A stretch of 34,546 bases of DNA from positions 1 to 34,546 of the forward strand of contig MRSU01000938.1 in the NCBI GenBank assembly GCA_008369845.1, read 5' to 3'. The DNA comes from Trichomonas gallinae. Taxonomy: Eukaryota. Numbering within the stretch: position 1 is the stretch's first letter; every line of letters starts with the position of its first letter. Made by a program: the position numbers and the translations under genes. Shown here piece by piece: positions 19,601 to 27,879 of this stretch. The notes beneath the pieces are model-generated. The model made no database searches, was not told the DNA's origin, and saw only the letters and a list, made by a program, of their open reading frames with translations.

Positions 19601-22006
19601 CTTTATAATTGTTATCATCTCCCTGATAACCTTGCTCAGTGCTATTTCGTGATAAGTCATCTGCTCAAATGCTGTTAATACTAAATTAAACATAAATTGC
19701 AACAATTCATCCTTCTTCGATTCCTTGTATTTCTCCAATACAAGCTCCAGTGGGTATTTTCTATCATTCATTATGACTGTGTGATAATTTGATTTGATTG
19801 ACTGCTGTTCTTCAGCAGCTGCTGGAAGAAAGTCTGCTATTGTGTTCAGTAGCTGCCTGAGATACTCTATTTCTTGAGGATTTGTCGATTGGGAAAGAAT
19901 ATGTGATAATGCATTTAATAATCTGAATTTTGTGGCTTTTTTAAGGTCTTTGAACAAAGAAAACAGGTTCTTAGACTTGACTACTATGCTAAATGACACC
20001 AAATCCTTCTTTTTCTCATCAATATTCTCTAAAACTGGCAAAAATAAAGTAAACCAAGCATCTATGTTTTTGGGAGAGTCCAAAACAGCAAATAAGTTGA
20101 TAGCGAACCTGGAATATGTTATTTCTGGCTGTAGAGGTAGTAAAGCAGCGAACCAATTCACTCCAGACTTATTTAACATTTGAATGAAAGGAACTAAGCG
20201 GCTATTTGTTGGTTTCCTTGAATAAACCTTGAATAGGCTGATTAAAACCATCTCTGTGAGTTCTGTGGCGCTTTTATTTAATGCTTCTAAGTATAAATTG
20301 AAAATTGAGTTGCAAAGTTGCTCGTTTTGCTCAGGAGATATGTTTAACTGTGAATCTTGTAGAAATGCATGAAGATAAATCTTATAAATAAGCTCGCAAT
20401 ATGGATGTGAAACGTTTGGTAAATGATTTATCAGATGATTAGTAATAGCATTTAAAAATGAAAACGGATTCTGCATCTTCGCTAAAAATCTATCTACGAC
20501 GTACATATGGAATACGTGATGGTTCTCTTTTGGAACGAAATATTCAATATTATCGTCAAAGAATGCCGGGCTCCATTCTGCCGGTAGTTTCGATATTATA
20601 TCGCAGTATATCTGGAATATGTCGTTGAGAGTTCGCCTCAAATTCTTGTTTTGGCCGGGGAATGGTTTGCCATTTATTATTGTCACATCTTTGTTGTTGT
20701 TTGTGATCATTTGCCCCATAATATCAAGAAGAAAGGCAATATACTGAGTGAATCTAACCAGTACGTCCAATTTAGAATTTTTCTCGTCGATATTTGGATT
20801 AAAAGACTGCTCAAACAACGGCTTCATCATTCTGATAATAAATGTATTGATTTCCGCCCATTGTTCCGGGTTCTCGCTGTATTCATTCTGTATTAATTCG
20901 AGAATCGACATTAATTGCTCAAGAATTTCCGCTAATTTATGTGGCATGGTTTTCCATATTTCCCAAACTTTGCGTAGTAATTGAACTGCTTGGCCGATTT
21001 TGTTGCTAAGCAAGTCGTATACATTTGATAATAATTCTTCAGCGTCATCTTGATTATTTAAGTATCGCTCATTAATTCCTTTCGATAGATTTAGTAGAAT
21101 GTAGAAAAATCTCCTTTGATTTACCAAAGGTTTCGCTGTAAAATATTTTAAGTTTTTGATTAAGTTTGTTTCGACTATTTGGCTAATGAGAGTATTTTTG
21201 TCGTCATTTTGCGAGTAAATTGTTGCTAGTGCCGATAAATAATTCAAATAAATATGCGTGAATTTTATATCTCCTGAAATTTTCGAGCCCAAGTCTATCA
21301 AATATTGAAGGGCCTGAGGTCTCATATTGTGTACGATTTCACAAATCCTTGTAATAACGCGTAATGACTTTGCGCAAATTTGTTCTAAATATGGAAAGAA
21401 TTCGATTCTATCTGAATAAGATATGCAATTCAGCGCTATTCGTATAAGAATGTCGTAATATGTCATTATTGTGTTTTCATCGTGTTTTTCTAGCATTGAT
21501 AAAACAGAATTGAAGGACGCTAAAATCAGCAAAATTAGATTTGCGTTAACCTTCATAACATCATCGACAGCTAGTTTCAGATAACCTTGGTAAAACTTCA
21601 AAAACTCGCCGCATCTATCAGGCGATCCTCTTGGAGCCATTCCAAAGTGATCAACAAGGACGCTAAATGCCTGTAATTGTAGTTTTCCCTCGTATTGAAT
21701 GATTTTGAGTAGTTTATCTTCAATAATTGAGGATAGATTTTTATCTAAGTATGTCGGCTTCGTTATATGTATAAGTTCCAAGCATCTCATCTGTTTCTCG
21801 ATGGTGCTTGGAGGTGTACTCATTTGATAATCGCTGCGCATCGGTAGATTTGAGCATAAAAATTCGATAATTTTGTGAATGTGCTGCTTAACAGCGTCAT
21901 CGAAGCCTGAAATCAGAAAGGACTCAATTAAATTAATATTTTCGTCGCTAGCATTAGGAAAATTTTGGAGAGAAAATAGTTCCAAAATGCGCGCGCTCTG
22001 GTCCAT
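13679..22006 (-). CDS. Tra1/TRRAP-like PIKK pseudokinase (2775 aa)
   Basis: Long helical solenoid; FAT-end motif VWFIWLPHIF; kinase-like FIFMRQQIASHIAA...LPLTPTISEFL...LRGSF; FATC-like end LDHLINVSGNAFN...FAWI; no DRH/DFG catalytic motifs, as in Tra1/TRRAP. Confidence 0.75.
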   Translation of the reverse strand: MDQSARILELFSLQNFPNASDENINLIESFLISGFDDAVKQHIHKIIEFLCSNLPMRSDYQMSTPPSTIEKQMRCLELIHITKPTYLDKNLSSIIEDKLLKIIQYEGKLQLQAFSVLVDHFGMAPRGSPDRCGEFLKFYQGYLKLAVDDVMKVNANLILLILASFNSVLSMLEKHDENTIMTYYDILIRIALNCISYSDRIEFFPYLEQICAKSLRVITRICEIVHNMRPQALQYLIDLGSKISGDIKFTHIYLNYLSALATIYSQNDDKNTLISQIVETNLIKNLKYFTAKPLVNQRRFFYILLNLSKGINERYLNNQDDAEELLSNVYDLLSNKIGQAVQLLRKVWEIWKTMPHKLAEILEQLMSILELIQNEYSENPEQWAEINTFIIRMMKPLFEQSFNPNIDEKNSKLDVLVRFTQYIAFLLDIMGQMITNNNKDVTIINGKPFPGQNKNLRRTLNDIFQIYCDIISKLPAEWSPAFFDDNIEYFVPKENHHVFHMYVVDRFLAKMQNPFSFLNAITNHLINHLPNVSHPYCELIYKIYLHAFLQDSQLNISPEQNEQLCNSIFNLYLEALNKSATELTEMVLISLFKVYSRKPTNSRLVPFIQMLNKSGVNWFAALLPLQPEITYSRFAINLFAVLDSPKNIDAWFTLFLPVLENIDEKKKDLVSFSIVVKSKNLFSLFKDLKKATKFRLLNALSHILSQSTNPQEIEYLRQLLNTIADFLPAAAEEQQSIKSNYHTVIMNDRKYPLELVLEKYKESKKDELLQFMFNLVLTAFEQMTYHEIALSKVIREMITIIKEKNIQLFENKLPMNYSGYYFYYYIYNLINVPTEQIYDFLHSSSFLFFNVDTVKTALELTDLLIEQVPFGEQWLTLIAPILQSSQNEFKLGYDIINRHLFRPYANNKAAEEIFSDMYKNCFVLSRRPSYSVRKIVNPCLITLGQFECIQKMFPKQRSDILTKIGKLLSNPNALFTQIRIYFNFLRSFEDCTYQQELFDVFYNYITNQQPPEEPYLYYSEKYQAKIIHLISHGNPMDPSIAQFKQISFLFKVVARLAVSTQNEQLANLIYTKTFMLFNEKKNRPYLPGFLKALNKSVQTGIGTFNFMPQDITKLVHFSLTPKTKPSKSEIRIIKFLMSSNVNYQSYNISSYIVSVCSILKTERSQLKQQTILWYADNIFEIIKIISQNQKNNMQLIASVVDLVLSLRISRPQIKINPTKAFAALEKDAAPYVFQMLLKENSTVVFMMLQEYSNVPELFNFYYNGLMHLKMNLGTLQQLKENASFNIFDFTNRLFKVIGAVISIQNLEAQNLKELMKVALAVYQLAFKENSHFKPSILVSLLKILLPEEINTDNNNSSINGIYLSNIYFFLHKPQAFMHDVVIRKIANLLAKTPQNNGVVPIIIEKIKNANPYIKTFFNHILSEFYKISPPQNPIEFTIGEAPVNEILLKYIYSYSTAILHQYENVKIIDVMSTPLLHLSADVHKALIIKKDVDESSCITTNRLVHMINSGHLSAELLKERLVRFPFFNLHSQNILRSMSQYKSNYPLGEDWFARFLVGILLSFASENESVYSKSAVKRFVAYYKPVSAIPKKYKPPLMSILCNFFLTIKDQAMSIMPSILTEIASDVEPHEISLDLIKQLREMISPIPQGKPQEILSQLSLKYLLLSPLAKIVFYDHEYFPQILMLSQILKATQNHDILVYYKYALKDSVKHGGEYVSSRILTDVSDYLKSLNKVIAPIQATPFSTVIRWSIDNASDQSLNKILDSLLEAFKPQSAAHLVLEIPRLPIPLHTSIYANIEKLVDEFKPVLKRPQLMFYGTQSAGDQFESAIWNNAWSLQTPNSHIYIFAQLFFPQEISKVVNYMNEQRLKTILIIGLEVVAQQLNRFIRYYINMFPTTSLADVFYSTILYAHDLPLPSKSVFANVEYLNNVTMPDDAFGAIINDSGKFRIPLGYHMLCHFEAARGCYLNEMEDNEKDYPLGLFLLRPCVLNLDFASMDSNQLQTYINLPSISSYALNLPMIKMFTPENELHAAVKSIYYPNSRFFLPSLTAVQRLTIFEECIALLRCVSKAPIDQMGIAKWTTMGVNSLDKNCTIISNIGFKINQIRAREKQLARSAQNFAFVNTNFASILLSSSYAMKKAVKLFVISLMPPEINHAILMLPNPQQPQTQPQPPQPPQAIDLRYGMQVLSQNIPRLYNMFTKLPMHNAQTIPALKTRLEYFLTLHDMSSFMKQFQNKQLSNPSYHLKLLMFIFANLPTELNIQAIYQVLSQRIIPQSIVPQSLEYTNMAIALAFAMVRKFPQSVNLFYQNILGQFKPDQTSVWFIWLPHIFSVFDNPPTDFLKKIMSADQHRFKAILRNALGCESAKNPKNLEEIARALSKMQEGANLNEYDQSLVWANEIEGDIEAYNTAVEVHLRLAEEIAGGHDISPVVKSITGENVLEYVLQHPPYFKTDMTAIEPKGSSHFRFPMLNSQCFHADIYAPGDREATITFTMMSGQNISFSLLSSMMFKPNFSEEIFLYCTRLFIRNHPAFKFRSFFIAHPQLYYIHKQLLLVSGGSYIGLGELARTKIVAELLKREGMKGVEPMAVKSRKPLADNPRKVIFDWISENSEGNRLDFIFMRQQIASHIAAISALKFLFMSGYPQYPNMIFSTNRCRVAMPRLTHNNHKVVHLPLTPTISEFLPPYLLRGSFSSTWLLMMESMNRSIDKLRICIKALIEHGEKSAEVVTDRVKKSTLAETEDTEKEQYPMAFALLDHLINVSGNAFNCQETGFAWI

Positions 22007-22478
22007 TCTTTATTTTTTTGCAGAAAAAAAAATATTAATGCTATAGGAAATATGCCTTAAAAACAACTTATTTCCATTGAAAATTCTTGTTTTGACGCAA
22101 GATTACAATGTTCAAAATTGATGAATTTGAGGATTTTTGATATTTAATTTTTAACCTCAAATATCGATTTATATATTTAAAACTAATAAGAACATCGAGG
22201 AATTTTGCATTTTAATTTTCCAAATTAGAATAATGCAAAATACGATTATTTTCTATTCAAAGTTGAAATCTTCACAAATGAAAATAAGGATATATTACAT
22301 AATTAAAATTTTAATATTACCGTAAAGAAAAGTGGAACTTTACATGTCAGATTCCTATTAAAAGGGGGCTAGTTATAAAAGGGGATGCATCCCAAAACGA
22401 TTATTTTACATTCAAAAAATCTTGATGAGGCAAAGTTGAGAGAAGCTTGGGCAGTCTCCAAGGCAGCGCTACGTAATA

Positions 22479-22592
22479 TCATAGCCTTACTTTCGGTATT
22501 TCCACAGCTAGTTTTTTCCTGTCCCACGTAATATTTTCGTCGATTTCATCCTGATCTAGTTGTTGCGTAAATAATAGACTAGCTTTTGCCAT
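22479..22592 (-). other. 37-codon ORF with a gene-like start; micropeptide or pseudogene 5' end
   Basis: Minus strand TCATT (22613-22609), A-rich leader, then ATG GCA AAA...: MAKASLLFTQQLDQDEIDENITWDRKKLAVEIPKVRL*; region is more GC-rich than its flanks. Confidence 0.35.
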
Positions 22593-22894
22593 GTTTGTAT
22601 TTTTTGTGAATGATTATGAATAACATATAATTATGCGGTTACATCCAACTATAACTATTAAAACCTGATATCTGACATTTTACAATGACAAGTTATTTCA
22701 AAAATGATACGTTCAATTTCTTTTTCCTTAATTCAGTAATAAATAACGATATTTTGTCATCTACGGAAGAATGATGTCGATATTTTTAATCGAAATAATT
22801 TTTGTAACGATAAGTTTACTGCATTGTTGTTATATTATTTTTAAGAGCTGACCGATGAATCTGTACTAAGATTACAGACATTTTAAAGACATTC

Positions 22895-23608
22895 ATGGGG
22901 GCTATCCTATCACTTCATAGCGGTAGCCCCAATGAAGGCAATACATCATATTTTGGTGATGCAGGTAATGTGTCAAAGTTTGATGGTAGGGCGTCTCTTC
23001 AAACTATCAGAGATATAAATGTTGAAAGTTATCTCAAAAAACACCCAACGGAAACTACTAAAATTATATATAGAACCAAACTCATGTCACCAATATCGAT
23101 CATATGGAATCAATCTTTTGTCAAAAAAATTAATAATGTTCATATTTTATTACTTTCATACAAAAGTTTTGGCCCAGGTAAGATTTTACTTGTATGTGGT
23201 GATAAGATAGTAGAAAATAAGTTTGAATTAACAAATAGATCTACGGTTTGTTTGCCTTTTATACCTGAGGAAAGCTTAAAGCTTCAAATTATCCCTGATA
23301 TTAAGAGATCAATAAAAGAGATGCGTGAAGGCTTTATGTCAGTTAACAAAATTGAATATTACCTTTCATATGATACTGATCACCTCAATTTAAAAGAATT
23401 CGTATTATATGCTAATAAAAAGTTTACAATTAAGCTCAACACATCAATAAATATCATTGAAGATCTTGACATTAGTGGTAATTGCTTATTTTGTCTATTA
23501 AGAAAATCATCTCCATCAAAATTTCCATGTAAGCATGGCATAATGTGCAGTATATGCCAAGAGGACACAGACATTACAACAAACTTTTGCCCATATTGTA
23601 TCAAATGA
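22895..23608 (+). CDS. C-terminal RING-HC E3 ligase, MGRN1/RNF157/LOG2-like, probably N-myristoylated
   Basis: MGAILS fits MGxxxS; RING CLFC...PCKHGIMCSIC...CPYC at the C-terminus. Confidence 0.7.
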   Translation: MGAILSLHSGSPNEGNTSYFGDAGNVSKFDGRASLQTIRDINVESYLKKHPTETTKIIYRTKLMSPISIIWNQSFVKKINNVHILLLSYKSFGPGKILLVCGDKIVENKFELTNRSTVCLPFIPEESLKLQIIPDIKRSIKEMREGFMSVNKIEYYLSYDTDHLNLKEFVLYANKKFTIKLNTSINIIEDLDISGNCLFCLLRKSSPSKFPCKHGIMCSICQEDTDITTNFCPYCIK

Positions 23609-23904
23609 AAATTGTGTTAAAAACGCTGTGATTCCAGGCGTTATCGTATGCATATCATACTTTAGATTAATTCTAACTATTCCAAACATGATGCAAAGCA
23701 ATGCAATAAAAGTTTTGGAAAGTTATAATAATTTTGTATTTTATCTTACAAAGTATTGACTATACCTACACCTAACATGTAAGGATTTAACAATTTCGAA
23801 CATCTTTCACTGAATTTATGATAATCATTATTTTATGTTTTGCTAAACAAAGTATTATTAAACGCATAAGTACCTCATATATACTACAAATATTTATCGC
23901 AAAG

Positions 23905-25146
23905 TTAGTTTTTGTTCAAATTCTTCTTAATCAATTTCTCAACTCGTGTTTCATGACTTTTCAGAACTGCAACAACATGAGCATCATTCCAGAATTTAAC
24001 TTTCATGGATTCAATTCCTTCAATGATTTTCATCAAATCTTCAGGTGATCTTTCTCTAAAATTATCAGGCGGTGAATATGAGAGAAGTGCATGTCTGAGG
24101 ATATCTCTCATAGCTTGTGCGTGCCTCCATCTCTTGAATGTGTCTGTTTTTTCGAATGCAACGAAATCTTCGAAAGTTGGCATATCTGGGGATCCAAACT
24201 CCTTCAATATCTCTCTGAAATGCTCTGTTGCAAATGGTCTATCAACGAAATCTGAATATGGGTCGATTGATAAAATCATATCGAGCTCTGCTAAAATCAT
24301 CTTGAGAATCTTGGAAGTATGTTTCGACATATGATCGTGTAGGTTCATTTCATCTGCTGGAGTTGACTTTTTGACTGTTTTGATGTTCACAACGACATTA
24401 AATTGCTTACATTTCGCTAGTTCATTATAGGAGCTTCCTACGATCTTAAACGATGTATCTCCATCCATTACAGCTTTATATCGGGGATCGGACTTCTGCA
24501 GCCAGATTACGCAATTATCATCAAATAATAATGGGGTAATCAATGAAAAAGCCGCAAAACATGCCTTACAGCATATATCAGCAGATTGCGATAGAATTAG
24601 CACAGGAGAACCGGTGAGAACAGCTCTCCAAAGTTTCGAAATTTCATCACCTGTGAAAAACTTCAATGGATTGTATTGCATGTATGAGAAGTGTGCAATG
24701 TCGAAGTTTATTGCAAGTGAACTAGTCGGAAATGTTAAAACAGCAGACTCAACTGCACCTCTTGGCCATGTTGTAAGCATCGATGTAACGTACGCGAATG
24801 CATTCGTTGGCTCTGGGACACCTGTAAGGAGAAATTGCTTTTTAACCTCTTTTAAGAATGTTCCGAGAAGTGAAGCATACGGCCTTCTTGTATTAATAAG
24901 AATTGCGTATGGTTCATCTTCGAATATGAATAATAGGCAGTGGTAGAATACTTGATTGATGTTAAATGAGTAAACAAGTGGAATTTTTGACATAATAATT
25001 TTTTCTTCTGGGAAAGGCCAGCATGTTGAACAGAAATAAATGGCATCATAGCCAAGCTCTGTTCCTTCTGGCAATGACTCTTTAATACATGGGATATAAG
25101 ATTTATCGAAATGTACTAAAAAGCATGCATCATAAATCGAAGACAT
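23905..25146 (-). CDS. DENN-domain protein (DENND6/AVL9-like), putative Rab GEF
   Basis: LWRAVLTGSPVLILSQSADICCKACFAAFSLITPL resembles the DENND6 core LWELVLLGEPLVVMAPSP...; FEKTDTFKRW dDENN-like segment. Confidence 0.7.
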   Translation of the reverse strand: MSSIYDACFLVHFDKSYIPCIKESLPEGTELGYDAIYFCSTCWPFPEEKIIMSKIPLVYSFNINQVFYHCLLFIFEDEPYAILINTRRPYASLLGTFLKEVKKQFLLTGVPEPTNAFAYVTSMLTTWPRGAVESAVLTFPTSSLAINFDIAHFSYMQYNPLKFFTGDEISKLWRAVLTGSPVLILSQSADICCKACFAAFSLITPLLFDDNCVIWLQKSDPRYKAVMDGDTSFKIVGSSYNELAKCKQFNVVVNIKTVKKSTPADEMNLHDHMSKHTSKILKMILAELDMILSIDPYSDFVDRPFATEHFREILKEFGSPDMPTFEDFVAFEKTDTFKRWRHAQAMRDILRHALLSYSPPDNFRERSPEDLMKIIEGIESMKVKFWNDAHVVAVLKSHETRVEKLIKKNLNKN

Positions 25147-25307
25147 AGATGGGAAACCCCCCTTAAAATTTATGGTAGACCCAAAAATTTATTTAAATAA
25201 ACTTTTTGAACTTTTATAATATATCGATAGCATCTTTTTGACAAGTTAATACAATTAATACACACGATTATCTGCAATATTCTACTCTATAAAAGCTTAG
25301 AATCTGA

Positions 25308-25841
25308 CAAGTTGCACGTGCAGCACTTTGCGCTTTAGTATCATCAAACTGGGGCAGCAGCATCTCTGAATTCCCAGTTGACTCAAAAAAATGCAAGCAA
25401 GTTGTTACACGTGTTCTCAATGAGATCTGCAAGATACAAAACCAGCCTTGGCAAGTCCATTGCATCTTGATTCTCATCGTTGAATCATTCCTCGCATTTT
25501 CTTATTTCTTATTTGGCGAAGAAGATATTTTATCATGGATGGTTTGTCATCTGTCCACACTGATGTGCATGATGCGTTTGCACAGCTCTTAACATTTATC
25601 GAACACAACTCTTTATCTTTCGCACCAAGGATTTGGAATTTAGTCACAAGAATCTCGACAATGCTTCGTGACCAGCAAATCCAGACACGTCTTGCTGGTG
25701 CTAAAGCACTTTAAGCTATCATCAACGATGTTTGATGATGTCCCACAGTACGTCATCGACTTCTTCCAGTACTTATCTGACGCAATGGATACTGACAAAG
25801 CAGTCAGGCCAGTAATTTCCCAGGCATTCGCAATAAAATGA
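25308..25841 (+). pseudogene. Remnant of the proteasome activator PA200/Blm10 C-terminal region
   Basis: Three segments in different frames: QPWQVHCILILIVESFLAFSYFLF / IMDGLSSVHTDVHDAFAQLLTFI...TRLAGAKAL*AII / MFDDVPQYVIDFFQYLSDAMDTDKAVRPVISQAF, colinear with recalled PA200 C-terminal motifs; two frameshifts and TAA at 25712. Confidence 0.65.
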
Positions 25842-26044
25842 TGCTATTCATGATTTAGACGATGTTTTGTAAAATCGATTTTAAAAAAGCTTTCTTTCGC
25901 AAAAAAGAATATACGTATAATGCAGATTTATACAGAAATTGTTTTAAATGATACTGTTGCATATTCTCAAACGAATAGTTTCCTTGAAGAGTTTTTGACT
26001 TTTGACGCTTTACGATGTCAAATAAATTAGTTAAGAAAAATTCT

Positions 26045-26053
26045 GTCACTTTT
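26045..26053 (+). promoter_or_regulatory. GTCACTTTT Inr-containing element of the nuclease gene
   Basis: TCACT at 26046-26050, 15 nt before ATG 26066. Confidence 0.6.
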
Positions 26054-26065
26054 GTTTTAATTTAA

Positions 26066-27112
26066 ATGTTTTTAATTTTTGTTTATTTTAGCTTATCTTG
26101 GTGGAATGAGCCTCACCAAGCTATTGTTAGAATAGCAGAAAAGATGTTGACGAAAGAACAGAAAGAATGGATGAATGTATTATTTTCTATGTGGCCTAGC
26201 GAACCTGATACGATGGTAAGTGCATCAACGTGGCATGATGAAATCGGAGAAATTCAATCACAGGTTAAATTGATGATGGACTGGCACTTTGGGGACGAAC
26301 CAATATTCGCAGAAGGATTTACCACGAAAGTTCCTAGAACTTACAACATCACGTCAGTTGTTTATGATTCAATCAACTCTTTACGCAATCCAACCACAAA
26401 AAGCTTGTACGCTTATCATTTTCTGTTTCGAAATTTAGTTCATTTCATTGGAGATATACATACACCATGTCACTGTGCCGCATACTACAACGAAAAGTGG
26501 CCAGAAGGTGATAGAGGTGGAAATAGCGTAAAGTTAACCTGTAAATATGGACAACCATGCGGACAATTGCATAAAATGTGGGACTCCGGATGCCTAAACT
26601 TCCAAAATATGTACTTAGACACAGATGAATTGCTCGATGAGTTTGAATTTAATATTTCACATATAATGAAAATGCATCCCGAGAGCTCATTACCATCTGT
26701 TAAAAACATGGATCCATTCCTTTGGTTCAATGAATCCCATAAAGTTGCTAGAGACTACGCATATGGAATGCTTCTTAATTTGAATGATACAGAACTAGAT
26801 AAATACGATCTTGGTCCTAATTATATTACTCAAGGAGCTTTACAAGCAGAAATACAAATTGTTAAAGCTGGATATAGACTTGCTTATTTAATTCGCGAAT
26901 TCTTCGAACTTCATCATCCTGATGATCCTAGAATCTTCGCTAAAGAGAAAATACCAAAGCGCGAGATCGCATTATGGATCATTGATGGCTTCGCATGCAT
27001 CATTGTTATTGTTTACACAATTTTGCTATTGAAAGGTCATTCATTCAAATGGTCAAAAAGATTTAAAGTTGATGAGCAATCAGCTCTCACAGAGACACCA
27101 ATGTACACATAA
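26066..27112 (+). CDS. Class I S1/P1 nuclease (3'-nucleotidase/nuclease-like), signal peptide and C-terminal transmembrane anchor
   Basis: Zinc-ligand motifs WWNEPH, WHDEI, DWHF, VHFIGDIHTPCH, GDRGGN, LHKMWDSG, AGYRLA; TM helix IALWIIDGFACIIVIVYTILLL. Confidence 0.93.
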   Translation: MFLIFVYFSLSWWNEPHQAIVRIAEKMLTKEQKEWMNVLFSMWPSEPDTMVSASTWHDEIGEIQSQVKLMMDWHFGDEPIFAEGFTTKVPRTYNITSVVYDSINSLRNPTTKSLYAYHFLFRNLVHFIGDIHTPCHCAAYYNEKWPEGDRGGNSVKLTCKYGQPCGQLHKMWDSGCLNFQNMYLDTDELLDEFEFNISHIMKMHPESSLPSVKNMDPFLWFNESHKVARDYAYGMLLNLNDTELDKYDLGPNYITQGALQAEIQIVKAGYRLAYLIREFFELHHPDDPRIFAKEKIPKREIALWIIDGFACIIVIVYTILLLKGHSFKWSKRFKVDEQSALTETPMYT

Positions 27113-27879
27113 TAATTATTATTTGCATCTTTTTAATTTGCAAATTCTTAATTTTTAAGGGAAAAGTAATTTTTATTGTTGCTTTCCCTTAGAAATATAT
27201 ATATATAATAAATTATTTCTCTCTATAATATTCATTGATATATTTACATTTATAATAAGAATTTGAACAATTGTTTCATGTGTTAGTGTATATATGGCAA
27301 ATCGGTATACATAAGAGTGTTAACAATCATTATATTTGATTAATTGAAATATGTGCTAGTTTGATGATACTATTGATTCAAATGCTGATATATGACGAAA
27401 TAGTGTCATAGGCAACGACATGCGTGGAATTTTTAGATAGGTTTTTGATGAAAATGAAATTTGACATGTAAGGAAGAATTATGACAAGTAAAATTTCATC
27501 ATCAGTCATTTGTTAATGTAATCAGTGAATGGGCATTAATAAAACTGTGTAATAATCTCGTATGAGTGAGCTCGATATTACAATATAGATATTATATCAT
27601 GAATACGTTTTCTTGGTTTGTCAAATAGTCATTTCAAATGAAACTACCGATAAGAACTTCCTAAATTTATTAATTCCAAATTATAGATCATCATGTCATA
27701 CTACTATTACTCTTTTATCGATATTTATTTTTTCAAATATTTACAAATCCCTATAAAACATAAATGTCTGTAATATCAAAAATAATTCCGATATAAACAA
27801 AAAAATATAATTTTAGGGGCAGCATCCAAAAAATAAAAAAATTCTATCGACTGATTTTTTATCGTTCGACAAAAAAAAA

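Noticed and set aside
1438..22006. Functional cluster of helical-solenoid regulators (CIP2A, Med23, SAPS, Tra1)
   Set aside because: Mixed orientations, interrupted by BspA, no shared pathway evident; chance adjacency is sufficient without synteny data.
22609..22680. Box C/D snoRNA candidate (ATGATTA...CTGA)
   Set aside because: Box C is non-canonical, no convincing terminal stem or recognisable rRNA guide.
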